Below are positions 29,166 to 37,227 of a stretch of 64,000 nt of DNA, piece after piece. The translations under genes and the position numbers were made by a program. The notes under the pieces are model-generated. The model did not search any database. It was not told the origin of the DNA and saw nothing but the letters and a program-made list of their open reading frames with translations. Source of the stretch: a virus. The stretch spans positions 1 through 64,000 of the IMG/VR virus record IMGVR_UViG_3300021185_001174. One strand, 5' to 3'. How positions within the stretch are numbered: the first letter of the stretch is position 1; each line of letters begins with the position of its first letter.

Positions 29166-29194
29166 TGTAACATAAATGTAACACATTTGTAACA
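29166..29194. promoter_or_regulatory. TGTAACA direct repeat x3, 11-bp period
   Basis: Copies at 29166, 29177 and 29188; the first begins 36 bp beyond the outer edge of the -35 box. Confidence 0.6.
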
Positions 29195-29617
29195 TTAGTC
29201 TTTCGGCCAACACTTTTGGTAAAGTTCTGCCTCTAGTTTATAGGCTTCTTTTTCCCATGGAGCATTTTCATATTGATAGTTGCGAGGTTTCTTACCCTTC
29301 CATGACATACTATAACCACATAGTTCGCCACGTAAGTATTGTTTTGCATGAACCATTTCATGAGCAAGAGTTTGCATCATTGATTCGTGTGATAGTTTTT
29401 CTCCTAATGATTTTCGAGCGATGTGTATATCAACATAACCCTCGTTAGTATCACCCCAGCACAAACCTTCAGAGTCTGAATCTAAGGTAGTTTCAAAGTT
29501 AAGTATAATAACCTTGGACCATAATCGATTAATACCCAATTCTCTACAAAGCTTCTTAATGTAGATATCAATCTTTTTCTTTTGGGCCACTTGACCTCTT
29601 AAAACTAAAATTGGCAT
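29195..29617 (-). CDS. Zinc metallopeptidase-like protein (HExxH)
   Basis: TLAHEMVHAKQY..PWEKEAY; own early promoter. Confidence 0.75.
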   Translation of the reverse strand: MPILVLRGQVAQKKKIDIYIKKLCRELGINRLWSKVIILNFETTLDSDSEGLCWGDTNEGYVDIHIARKSLGEKLSHESMMQTLAHEMVHAKQYLRGELCGYSMSWKGKKPRNYQYENAPWEKEAYKLEAELYQKCWPKD

Positions 29618-29653
29618 TTACTTCATCTTTCTCTAATCGGTTAATATGGGTAT

Positions 29654-29682
29654 ATTATACTACGCCTAAGACCGCTTGTAAA
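29654..29682 (-). promoter_or_regulatory. Sigma70-type early promoter
   Basis: TTTACA-17-TATAAT. Confidence 0.78.
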
Positions 29683-29711
29683 GTGTTTATTTAGAATATT
29701 TTGTTATAAGA

Positions 29712-31556
29712 CTATAACTTAGGAGAATAAATGGTTATAAGTTCTTCCTTACCCTTTACGTTAATACTACCTATTTCTTTGCACTTATACTCTTCTGGCA
29801 ACTGGTCTTTTGTGAATGAGGAGATGATGGTTTTATATTCAAGCAACTCGTGTCTTGCTGCTTTAGCCTCGAGCCTTGCCGCGAGGTTGACTGCGTCTCC
29901 GATGACAGAGTAATCAAACCGAGACTCACTACCCATATTACCAACAATGCAATCGCCAGTATTGACGCCAGTTCCAACATTGATGGCGGGTAAACCCTGC
30001 TCGCTATATCGTCTTCTGAGTTCATCTGTTTTTATCTCTATCTCTATTGCTGATTTGACGGCCAGTTCTGCATGATTGGGACAATCTAATGGGGCGTTCC
30101 AGAAGGCCATAATACAATCGCCCATATACTTATCTATTGTTCCATTATTATTTAGTATAATTTTAGTCATTGCGTCTAAGAATTCATTAATAAGGATGAC
30201 CAAACCCTCTGGGTCGTTCTTGTTTTTATAGTGTTCTGATATAGGAGTAAACCCTACAATGTCCATGAATAGGAAGCTCATCTCTTTTCTCTCACCCCCT
30301 AAAGTTAATAGTGATGGGTCTTTCTGTAACATATAAACCATATCAGGCGAAAGATAAGTTCCAAATTGTTTCTTAATTTGTTGTCTTAACATAAACTGTT
30401 TATAGAAGTTATTAAAACTTGATGAGGTAAAGAGTAGTATAAATAAAACTGCAGGATAACTAACATCTAGGAGAATATACCATTCAGTCCAGGCATAATA
30501 AACGGCGGCTCCATAACCGAACAGCACGACTGAGAAGATTGCAGCACCATAATAAATTGATAGATAGTAGACTGCCAGAACAAGACCAAGAGAACCAAGA
30601 ACCATTAATACTAGTTCGAGCCATGGTGCCCATATCGGACGAGATATCGAATCCTGGTTCACAATCGTTTGCATGGCGGCCGCTTGTAGATGATGTGCCG
30701 ACTTTAAGCCCTGAGGAGTTGGTATCTGAGACGCAAGGCCCTTCGCCGTTAGGCCCACAAGAACAGTACGACCTTGAAGATTCGGTAACTCATTGGACCC
30801 GTAGTTTATTTCCTTAAACTTATAATTAGGATTAATCCATATAGAACCATTAGAGTCAGTTGATAATATAAATGGTCTTAATATAATTTGTTCAATACCA
30901 GTTTCATTTACCTTTATAGTATAGGATTGTTTTTGGCCTATTACTCTTACAGCCTCTAGTGCAAATGATGGATATAACTCTTTATTAATTTGTGATATTA
31001 ATGGGATTCTTCTTACTAGTCCATCAACTTCTGGCATACCATTTACAAGTCCGTGTCCCCACGCTCCCTGTTCTAGTTCTGGTAGATTAGTGATTAGGCC
31101 ATTATATTTTATAGCCCACTCTAGCGGGTCTCCTGTACCGAATATAGCTGAACCCACATAAGGGGCTTTCGATGACTTACCAGAGTTATCTGCATCTTGT
31201 GCAAGTATAATACCATTGTCTTTTATCCATGAAGCAAATACTTCATCACCACCAAATCTATCAACTTCAGGAAACATAATTGTGAAACCAATCATACCTG
31301 CATTTGCATTTCTTAAATCAGAAATCATCTGTGCATATGTTGACCTAGGGAATGGGTACTGACCTAATTCAGCCAGAGTTTCTTCCGATATGTTTAGTAA
31401 TATTATTTCTTTTGATTCGGTCTCTTCTATAGAACCAATGAATGAATCGAATGTATTTAATCTAAACTGCTGTACTAGTCCTGGGTCCAGAACTCTTAAA
31501 GTTATTAAAAGAATTCCTAGACCTATAGTAGTCCATATGGAAGTTAGGTATTTCAT
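29712..31556 (-). CDS. CHASE2-domain class III adenylate cyclase (membrane sensor cyclase)
   Basis: CHASE2 motifs (LGQYPFPRSTYA, DRFGGDEVFA, EVDGLVRRIPL), three TM helices, cyclase core FMDIVGFT / DKYMGDCIMAFW / GVNTG / DYSVIGDAVNLAARLE. Confidence 0.93.
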   Translation of the reverse strand: MKYLTSIWTTIGLGILLITLRVLDPGLVQQFRLNTFDSFIGSIEETESKEIILLNISEETLAELGQYPFPRSTYAQMISDLRNANAGMIGFTIMFPEVDRFGGDEVFASWIKDNGIILAQDADNSGKSSKAPYVGSAIFGTGDPLEWAIKYNGLITNLPELEQGAWGHGLVNGMPEVDGLVRRIPLISQINKELYPSFALEAVRVIGQKQSYTIKVNETGIEQIILRPFILSTDSNGSIWINPNYKFKEINYGSNELPNLQGRTVLVGLTAKGLASQIPTPQGLKSAHHLQAAAMQTIVNQDSISRPIWAPWLELVLMVLGSLGLVLAVYYLSIYYGAAIFSVVLFGYGAAVYYAWTEWYILLDVSYPAVLFILLFTSSSFNNFYKQFMLRQQIKKQFGTYLSPDMVYMLQKDPSLLTLGGERKEMSFLFMDIVGFTPISEHYKNKNDPEGLVILINEFLDAMTKIILNNNGTIDKYMGDCIMAFWNAPLDCPNHAELAVKSAIEIEIKTDELRRRYSEQGLPAINVGTGVNTGDCIVGNMGSESRFDYSVIGDAVNLAARLEAKAARHELLEYKTIISSFTKDQLPEEYKCKEIGSINVKGKEELITIYSPKL

Positions 31557-31636
31557 ATGTATATATCTATGTATATTCCACGGCCGCCATTAGGAGTTCC
31601 ATACTTATAACGAAGATATCGGCCATAGTTTTTCAT
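31553..31636 (-). CDS. 27-aa micro-ORF coupled to both neighbours
   Basis: MKNYGRYLRYKYGTPNGGRGIYIDIYI*; its start overlaps the upstream stop (TGATG) and its stop overlaps the cyclase start (ATGA). Confidence 0.55.
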   Translation of the reverse strand: MKNYGRYLRYKYGTPNGGRGIYIDIYI

Positions 31637-32397
31637 CAGTCTTGTGTTACAGATACAGCACAACCACCTACTGTAATGCAGTTTTGAGTTAGAGTATATG
31701 TTTGGTTTGTGGTACTCATTTGTTTTAAGATTAAATCTGTTCCGTATAAACCGTCAATTGTTATGTTTGCATTGTGACTTGCATTGTTACCTTTTTGTCG
31801 GACAAATACATCATTATAATCATTATAGATTGTTAGGTTTAAGTTCTTATCACCATCGCTCTGTTGTTTAACCTGAACCTTATTACCATCTCCAGCCAAA
31901 TGTAAATCAAAGCTATGACCTGTAGTAGACCCTTGGTTGGTTTGTTGGACTGCCATATCATTATTATCACCATAAAGAGTAATATCTACCTCATGGCCTC
32001 CTCCTTCATAACCATCAGCCCACCAAGTTAAATCTGTATCAGAATCAAGAGTATTCCATGCAACACCTTGGGCAACTTTCATTTGATTACTAGTACCACT
32101 TACTTCATCAAAGATTATTTTATTAATGCCGTCACTATCATTAACTTGTACTAAATACATTGATAAGCTTGATGCATTAATATATGAACCACTATCTTTC
32201 ATTTCAATTCTATTATTATATCCTATCTGGTCAATACCTAACTGTAAATTATTACCCGACTGCTCGATACTAATAACATTGTCATCGGCATTTGCAATTA
32301 GTGGTAATAAAAGACCGGCCAATATAATAATAGGCCAAAACAGTATACTTATCCATATTAAAGCTTTCATTGAGTATTCTTCTATCTTATCTAGCAT
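31636..32397 (-). CDS. Secreted curlin-like repeat protein (CsgA/CsgB-like)
   Basis: Signal peptide ending ANA; repeats ISIEQSGNN, IDQIGYNN, LYGDNNDMAVQQ, LAGDGNKVQVKQ, VRQKGNN. Confidence 0.65.
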   Translation of the reverse strand: MLDKIEEYSMKALIWISILFWPIIILAGLLLPLIANADDNVISIEQSGNNLQLGIDQIGYNNRIEMKDSGSYINASSLSMYLVQVNDSDGINKIIFDEVSGTSNQMKVAQGVAWNTLDSDTDLTWWADGYEGGGHEVDITLYGDNNDMAVQQTNQGSTTGHSFDLHLAGDGNKVQVKQQSDGDKNLNLTIYNDYNDVFVRQKGNNASHNANITIDGLYGTDLILKQMSTTNQTYTLTQNCITVGGCAVSVTQD

Positions 32398-32398
32398 T

Positions 32399-33511
32399 TT
32401 AATTCACCTGATTTATATATATGAGGATGTCTTCACTATCGTTACCTGTTATTACTCCATTCCATGTTGGTGTAATAGTATCTAGTGTAAAGTTACCACC
32501 CGCCGCTAATTTTATTCTTATAATTCCATTTACGTTTCTATATAGTACTAAACTACCATCTTGCAAAAATACATTATATTGGGATTCATCATTAAATCCT
32601 CTTGCGGCTCCTTTGATATCAAACTCGCCTAATGTATCGAATAAGTCTTTTGAATCTAAAATATCCAATACGTCAATTAAATATTCAACATCCAATTCAT
32701 CTATATCCAATTCAGTAAAATCTAAATCCGTTTCTTCTTCTAGTGCATCTTTCTCTAATTCATCAAACTCTAAAAAGTCTATATCTAAAAAACCTTTATC
32801 ATCATTCTGTTCATCTGCCAATTCTTCCTGAATCTGGTCTTTCACTTCCTGTGGGGGTGAAACGATAAACATATTATCAATGGACGCTGGTGTGATTCCA
32901 TTTATTTTAACTGGCCTTGTTGGTGCGCTATCTAAAGTACTCACCATTGTTGCTTGATAAACTTCGGTTAGAGTTACTACTCCACCTAAATTTTCTACCT
33001 CTATTTCACCCGATGGGTCACCATTCTCATCAGGTAATAATATAATTAAAGACCTTCCTAACTCATCTACTGTTGTGGTAAAGTCCGTACCTCTTATAGC
33101 AATGGATGCCGTAGGGGTAGATATATCAATATTAGCCTTATTAACCAAACCTAATCTACCCGAAGCAAACCTGGCTGTACCCATTGTGAACTTCATTGTC
33201 ATTTTGGAAAGGGATGGGTCAGCATCATAATATACTTCGTCAATTAAGACTTCGGTGTGTTCTTTTAGAGATAACTGAGCCTTATCTAAAAACTCAATTA
33301 ACATCTTACCCTTACCAGTTTCGGCAACGTCATTTAGTTGCACAGGTATATTATTTAATACCTTTATCTCTTCATTATTTCTTAGTATTTGCCCAACACC
33401 TATGGACTCTACAATACTCCCAATATCATCATCCGCAAAGGAATTTGATACCAGAAGTAATGTACTAAGAATCGCCGTTTGTATCTTGCTGATTAATTTG
33501 TATTGTTGCAT
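32399..33511 (-). CDS. FecR-domain periplasmic protein with an acidic C-terminal region
   Basis: Signal peptide; FecR core (ETGKGKMLIEFLD..LKEHTEVLIDE..GTARFASG..TPTASIAIRGTDF). Confidence 0.88.
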   Translation of the reverse strand: MQQYKLISKIQTAILSTLLLVSNSFADDDIGSIVESIGVGQILRNNEEIKVLNNIPVQLNDVAETGKGKMLIEFLDKAQLSLKEHTEVLIDEVYYDADPSLSKMTMKFTMGTARFASGRLGLVNKANIDISTPTASIAIRGTDFTTTVDELGRSLIILLPDENGDPSGEIEVENLGGVVTLTEVYQATMVSTLDSAPTRPVKINGITPASIDNMFIVSPPQEVKDQIQEELADEQNDDKGFLDIDFLEFDELEKDALEEETDLDFTELDIDELDVEYLIDVLDILDSKDLFDTLGEFDIKGAARGFNDESQYNVFLQDGSLVLYRNVNGIIRIKLAAGGNFTLDTITPTWNGVITGNDSEDILIYINQVN

Positions 33512-34205
33512 TGTCTGATGTTATATCTAAATTAATTACTGCATTAGGTGAAACACAAGCAACACCTGCTCCAGTGGCACATGTACCACTAATTTGATTA
33601 ATATCAATATCTGCACTATCGCCAACTAATTCAACGACCATTGATTGAGCTCCATCATTCTGCAATGTATTAATGTTATTACTATCTCCAGTAATATCAA
33701 AAGTCCATGTAGAATCATCTGCTTCAAAGTCTAGGTCGAATATATTAGAGCTACCAATTAAAATTAAATCCGCATCTAATCTTTCAGCACTATATACATA
33801 ACCTTGGTCTAAATCAAATGTATTACTATCTCCAGTAATATCAAAGTTATAATCTGAATCGTCCGAACTACCGACATAGCCGATATTCCAGTCCACCTCG
33901 TTTGAATCTCCCAGTAATGAGAACGTCAAAGAAGATGAATCTAAGTCCAAAGGACCATAAATTAAATTCTGATTTCCGACCATATCAATATCAAATGTTA
34001 ATGATGAACCAACGATAGTCATATCAGAACCAGATGATGAAAAATCATCTAATCCAATTTTGTTACCGTATCCGATTTGGTCAATATATAGAGTTAAAGT
34101 GTCACCACTTTGTTCTATCATAATCTCATTATCATCTGATGCTTGTGCAAAAAGAGAAGGAGTCAACAACAAGCTTAAACTTAAACTAATTAATGTTTTC
34201 TTCAT
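33465..34205 (-). CDS. Secreted curlin-like repeat protein (CsgA/CsgB-like)
   Basis: Signal peptide ending LFA; repeats IEQSGDT, IDQIGYGN, LLGDSN, ITGDSN, LIGSSN, ITGDSN, LVGDSA. Confidence 0.65.
   Translation of the reverse strand: MKKTLISLSLSLLLTPSLFAQASDDNEIMIEQSGDTLTLYIDQIGYGNKIGLDDFSSSGSDMTIVGSSLTFDIDMVGNQNLIYGPLDLDSSSLTFSLLGDSNEVDWNIGYVGSSDDSDYNFDITGDSNTFDLDQGYVYSAERLDADLILIGSSNIFDLDFEADDSTWTFDITGDSNNINTLQNDGAQSMVVELVGDSADIDINQISGTCATGAGVACVSPNAVINLDITSDNATIQINQQDTNGDS
33677..33845. repeat. Exact 25-bp direct repeat, copies 144 bp apart, inside the curlin-like gene
   Basis: tattactatctccagtaatatcaaa at 33677-33701 and 33821-33845; both encode FDITGDSN. Confidence 0.85.
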
Positions 34206-35151
34206 TTTTCTTTTCCTCTATTGAGTGCCTTTCGTTTTTCCCATCATGTTGATGAGGATGTCTATGGCCCTCGGTTAAATTCCAGAACTTACGGTCATGA
34301 CCCTGGTATATTAATTCAAGTACTCCTGCCTCTATGGCTGCTCGTACCGCATATGTCACACTCTCATTATTTCCCACTCCGTCCTCGTATTCAATTAGTT
34401 GTGTACCCTGTTCATAGAACCTGAATACATCACCACTTGAACCATAAGAAAGAACCGACTTCTTACTTTGGACGTTTAATAAAACTTCACCAGTTAAGAC
34501 TGAAACTGCTCTAATTGCAACAGTTACTACATCTTTCCTATACATTCTACTATAACCAATACCAAGTGTCCTTGCGCCTCGACCACCTGTTTCAGTATTT
34601 GTATCATAACCAATAATGCCACCTTCAATAATTATTCCAGCGAATAAAAGTGGACCCAATTCCTTTGCAGTGTTTCCTTGGCTCTTGGCCATGTCTTGTC
34701 TGCCGCTACGGATAATCTGTCTTTCTCTTACTAGATTATCAATACCTTGTCTTTCTGCTACTCTAAACCATGTACCGCCACCTGCAGTCTTAAGAGCATC
34801 TATTAACATTTCAGTACCGCCTTGGGTAACTGCAGTAGAGAATGAAGCTATGTTATCTACTGATTTTCTTTGTCCAGTTAAATCTTTAAATGAATAAACT
34901 GCAACAACTGGTCTATCTTTTGCTGGTGGTAAATTTAATAAATCTACAAATGCAGGTAACTTAACAGCTGTAGGATGGTCAACACATATATACTTACGAG
35001 ACTTAAATTGATTCCATAAGTATGGTTCATCATCAGCACATTTCTGTGGGTCTTTCGACCACTGCGGTATAGAAGCACAACCACTTAAAAATAAAATAGA
35101 TATTAATAAAAGTCTAACCATCATCTGGGTCCTGACTAAAATTACCAGCAC
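34186..35151 (-). CDS. csgG: Curli secretion channel lipoprotein CsgG (probable start about 35121)
   Basis: Lipobox FLSGC; VAVYSFKDLTGQRK, FSTAVTQGG, WFRVAERQGIDNLVRERQIIRS, GGIIGYDTN, NESVTYAVRAAIEAGV. Confidence 0.93.
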   Translation of the reverse strand: MLVILVRTQMMVRLLLISILFLSGCASIPQWSKDPQKCADDEPYLWNQFKSRKYICVDHPTAVKLPAFVDLLNLPPAKDRPVVAVYSFKDLTGQRKSVDNIASFSTAVTQGGTEMLIDALKTAGGGTWFRVAERQGIDNLVRERQIIRSGRQDMAKSQGNTAKELGPLLFAGIIIEGGIIGYDTNTETGGRGARTLGIGYSRMYRKDVVTVAIRAVSVLTGEVLLNVQSKKSVLSYGSSGDVFRFYEQGTQLIEYEDGVGNNESVTYAVRAAIEAGVLELIYQGHDRKFWNLTEGHRHPHQHDGKNERHSIEEKKNEENIN

Positions 35152-35626
35152 CTACTGGTATTTCTATGATAGTTTCGGAACCATCTTCTGTTATAATTGT
35201 CATTCTTATTACTTCTGAACCATCAGCATTAGTAATAACTTCGTATGTTACTGTAGAACCTTCTAATACAAATGAACCAAATCTAACAGAATCATCATTA
35301 CTAAACATTGATTCTACTAGTTGTTTTGCCATCTGTGCATATATTCTACTCTCTAAGTTCCTAATAAACTTGGCCAATACACTATTATCTTCTTCTCTTT
35401 CTGCGGCTCTTCTTGCGGCTTCTAAAGCATCTTCTATTGCTTTCTTTCTAGTATGTTCAATATTATCTATGGTAAGATAATGGTTACCAGTACCAACTCC
35501 ACTAAAGGATGGATTTTTAAACCCAAATTTTATTTCATCTGCCAATACTGGATATGATACTATAAATAATACCATAAGTAAAAGCACAATATTTCTAATC
35601 TTCATCATTATTTTCTTTCGCCTCAT
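35114..35626 (-). CDS. csgF: Curli assembly protein CsgF-like
   Basis: Signal peptide, then EIKFGFKNPSFSG; FIRNLESRIYAQMAKQLVESMF; adjacent to csgG. Confidence 0.82.
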   Translation of the reverse strand: MRRKKIMMKIRNIVLLLMVLFIVSYPVLADEIKFGFKNPSFSGVGTGNHYLTIDNIEHTRKKAIEDALEAARRAAEREEDNSVLAKFIRNLESRIYAQMAKQLVESMFSNDDSVRFGSFVLEGSTVTYEVITNADGSEVIRMTIITEDGSETIIEIPVGAGNFSQDPDDG

Positions 35627-35867
35627 TAATAACTTGTTGTCTAGCTCTATATTCTAAAACTACATCAACTTTTTGTTGTAACCTAATTAAATCTTGGTCC
35701 AACATTCTTGTCTGGTCTATAACTCTTATAAGAGCTATATGCATTTCATCTAACTTTGGTTCTATATGTGTATTAATAAATGACCAAACATAGTAAATAA
35801 AATAACCCATCCCAACTGCCATCACAACAGGGAAACCATATTCAGATATTAACTGAGCAATATCCAT
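35595..35867 (-). CDS. Small single-TM protein with coiled coil (YvrJ/holin-like)
   Basis: LISEYGFPVVMAVGMGYFIYYVW followed by an amphipathic helix. Confidence 0.65.
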   Translation of the reverse strand: MDIAQLISEYGFPVVMAVGMGYFIYYVWSFINTHIEPKLDEMHIALIRVIDQTRMLDQDLIRLQQKVDVVLEYRARQQVINEAKENNDED

Positions 35868-36163
35868 TAGTCTCTCCTAGTATCTAGCTTTCCATCTTCT
35901 ATAAAGTTTTCTGCCCTAGCTATTCTAGTAGTATCTGGTCTTAAATCTAACGCTGACGATACCAATAAATCTATTTTAATCATTTCATTACTCATTGTTC
36001 TACATCTATTCTCCAATGAATTAGCAAATATTGTTAGTGTAGTAATCTTATCTACTATACCTTCCATTATTTGTTTTATTACAATAAAGATAAATACTCC
36101 CATTACAAGAGAGCCTGCAATAGGTGCACCAACGTCCGCAATAAGTTTAAATACGTCTTCCAT
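35867..36163 (-). CDS. Small single-TM protein with coiled coil
   Basis: LIADVGAPIAGSLVMGVFIFIVI; first gene after the late promoter at 36169. Confidence 0.65.
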   Translation of the reverse strand: MEDVFKLIADVGAPIAGSLVMGVFIFIVIKQIMEGIVDKITTLTIFANSLENRCRTMSNEMIKIDLLVSSALDLRPDTTRIARAENFIEDGKLDTRRD

Positions 36164-36168
36164 GTATC

Positions 36169-36176
36169 TATTTATA
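36169..36176 (-). promoter_or_regulatory. T4-type late promoter heading the csg/FecR/cyclase operon
   Basis: Intergenic TATAAATA 5 nt before the ATG at 36163. Confidence 0.68.
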
Positions 36177-36202
36177 AGGCTTAGGCGCCCAGATGCTATA
36201 AT

Positions 36203-36222
36203 CCCTCCAATTTCTTAGAGGG
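36203..36222 (-). terminator. 8-bp hairpin with GAAA loop (possible terminator; weak U-tract)
   Basis: Minus strand CCCUCUAA-GAAA-UUGGAGGG just after the 87-aa gene. Confidence 0.45.
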
Positions 36223-36229
36223 AAAATGC

Positions 36230-36493
36230 TTAGTGAGTTTGTGCTAGTTTAACAGCCTTTACACCAGTAATACTATTAGCTACTTCAAGAGTTTCTGTAA
36301 TAGCCTTTCGAATATTTACAACTTCTCCAGTATTAACTGTTACTGAGCCTACTGTATTTGAACCTTCTTTAATGGTTACCAACTGTGCAGCGGCATTAGT
36401 GTTAAGGACTCTAACAAGTGAAGCACGTGATACATTAGAAGCAGTATTACTTAGTGCTACTTCTACTGCCTTTACTTTAATTGTCTCGGCCAT
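36230..36493 (-). CDS. Small beta-rich hypothetical protein (possibly virion)
   Basis: SD AGGAG; Ala/Val/Thr-rich. Confidence 0.7.
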   Translation of the reverse strand: MAETIKVKAVEVALSNTASNVSRASLVRVLNTNAAAQLVTIKEGSNTVGSVTVNTGEVVNIRKAITETLEVANSITGVKAVKLAQTH

Positions 36494-36635
36494 TTTTTCT
36501 CCTATTATGAACTAACTAAATTTAGTTCTTCTAAACTTTTGTGCCAATCTGAGTATCTGAAAAGTCCTTGCTTTTCATGACACCAATACCAGCCCTTACT
36601 TTCTTGTTGCTCTTGTGGAATACTAGATTCTACCC

Positions 36636-37103
36636 TTAAAGGGCCTCTAGCCTTTTCATAAGTCTTTCGGCTCGTTTCGTTACCTGTTTGTGCCATCTTG
36701 AATCTCTGCCTTCTACAGCAGCCTCCTTCCAATCACCACACTGCAGCGCTGCATTGTGCTTTCTAAATTTACTTAAGCGCGTAAGTCCCATATTAAACAT
36801 CATATTTGCCACTATTTGTTTTACTTCTTCTGGATATCCATCCCATCCTTCATGTAATGTTTTACAGTCAGCGATGACAGTCTGTACATCTTTCTCAAAG
36901 CAATCAACTGTTCGTTCTTCTGATACTGGAGTTCCAACAGGTTGCCCAAACTCTGGGTCTGTTTCGAGGACCAAGTGTCCAATTCCGAAAGTTGGGTAGC
37001 CCAGATGGTCTTTATAAATCTCGTTAACCTTACCTTCATCAAATGTCAATTGCTCCCTTAACTGGTCAATATCAATATCTTTATTTTTTCTTCCGAATAA
37101 CAT
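36636..37103 (-). CDS. e: Endolysin, T4-type lysozyme (GH24)
   Basis: LTFDEGKVNEIYKDHLGYPTFGIGHL (Glu-Asp-Thr triad), NMMFNMG, DSRWHKQVTKRAERL. Confidence 0.92.
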   Translation of the reverse strand: MLFGRKNKDIDIDQLREQLTFDEGKVNEIYKDHLGYPTFGIGHLVLETDPEFGQPVGTPVSEERTVDCFEKDVQTVIADCKTLHEGWDGYPEEVKQIVANMMFNMGLTRLSKFRKHNAALQCGDWKEAAVEGRDSRWHKQVTKRAERLMKRLEAL

Positions 37104-37227
37104 TTTCTTTCCTTTTCTTTTTGTTATTTATCTTATTATTTATCTCAAACAATAATCTTTCTTTTTCGACAACCTGCCAAAACTTCTTATCTACTTCTTC
37201 AAACATATTTTTATTTATATCATCCAT
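37081..37227 (-). CDS. Small hypothetical protein (48 aa, not in track)
   Basis: MDDINKNMFEEVDKKFWQVVEKERLLFEINNKINNKKKRKENVIRKKK*; its start overlaps the upstream stop. Confidence 0.45.
   Translation of the reverse strand: MDDINKNMFEEVDKKFWQVVEKERLLFEINNKINNKKKRKENVIRKKK
37212..37219 (-). promoter_or_regulatory. Possible late promoter for the endolysin
   Basis: TATAAATA about 110 nt upstream of the lysozyme start. Confidence 0.5.

Noticed and set aside
29712-31556. Cyclase as a Pycsar/CBASS-type defence enzyme
   Set aside because: The CHASE2 plus three-TM architecture and ATP-specifying Lys indicate a sensory adenylate cyclase; no effector gene is adjacent.
36505-36732. 75-aa ORF overlapping the endolysin 3' end
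   Set aside because: The C-terminal part (GWYWCHEKQGLFRYSDWHK) could be real, but I found no convincing start outside the lysozyme gene, so I left it uncalled.
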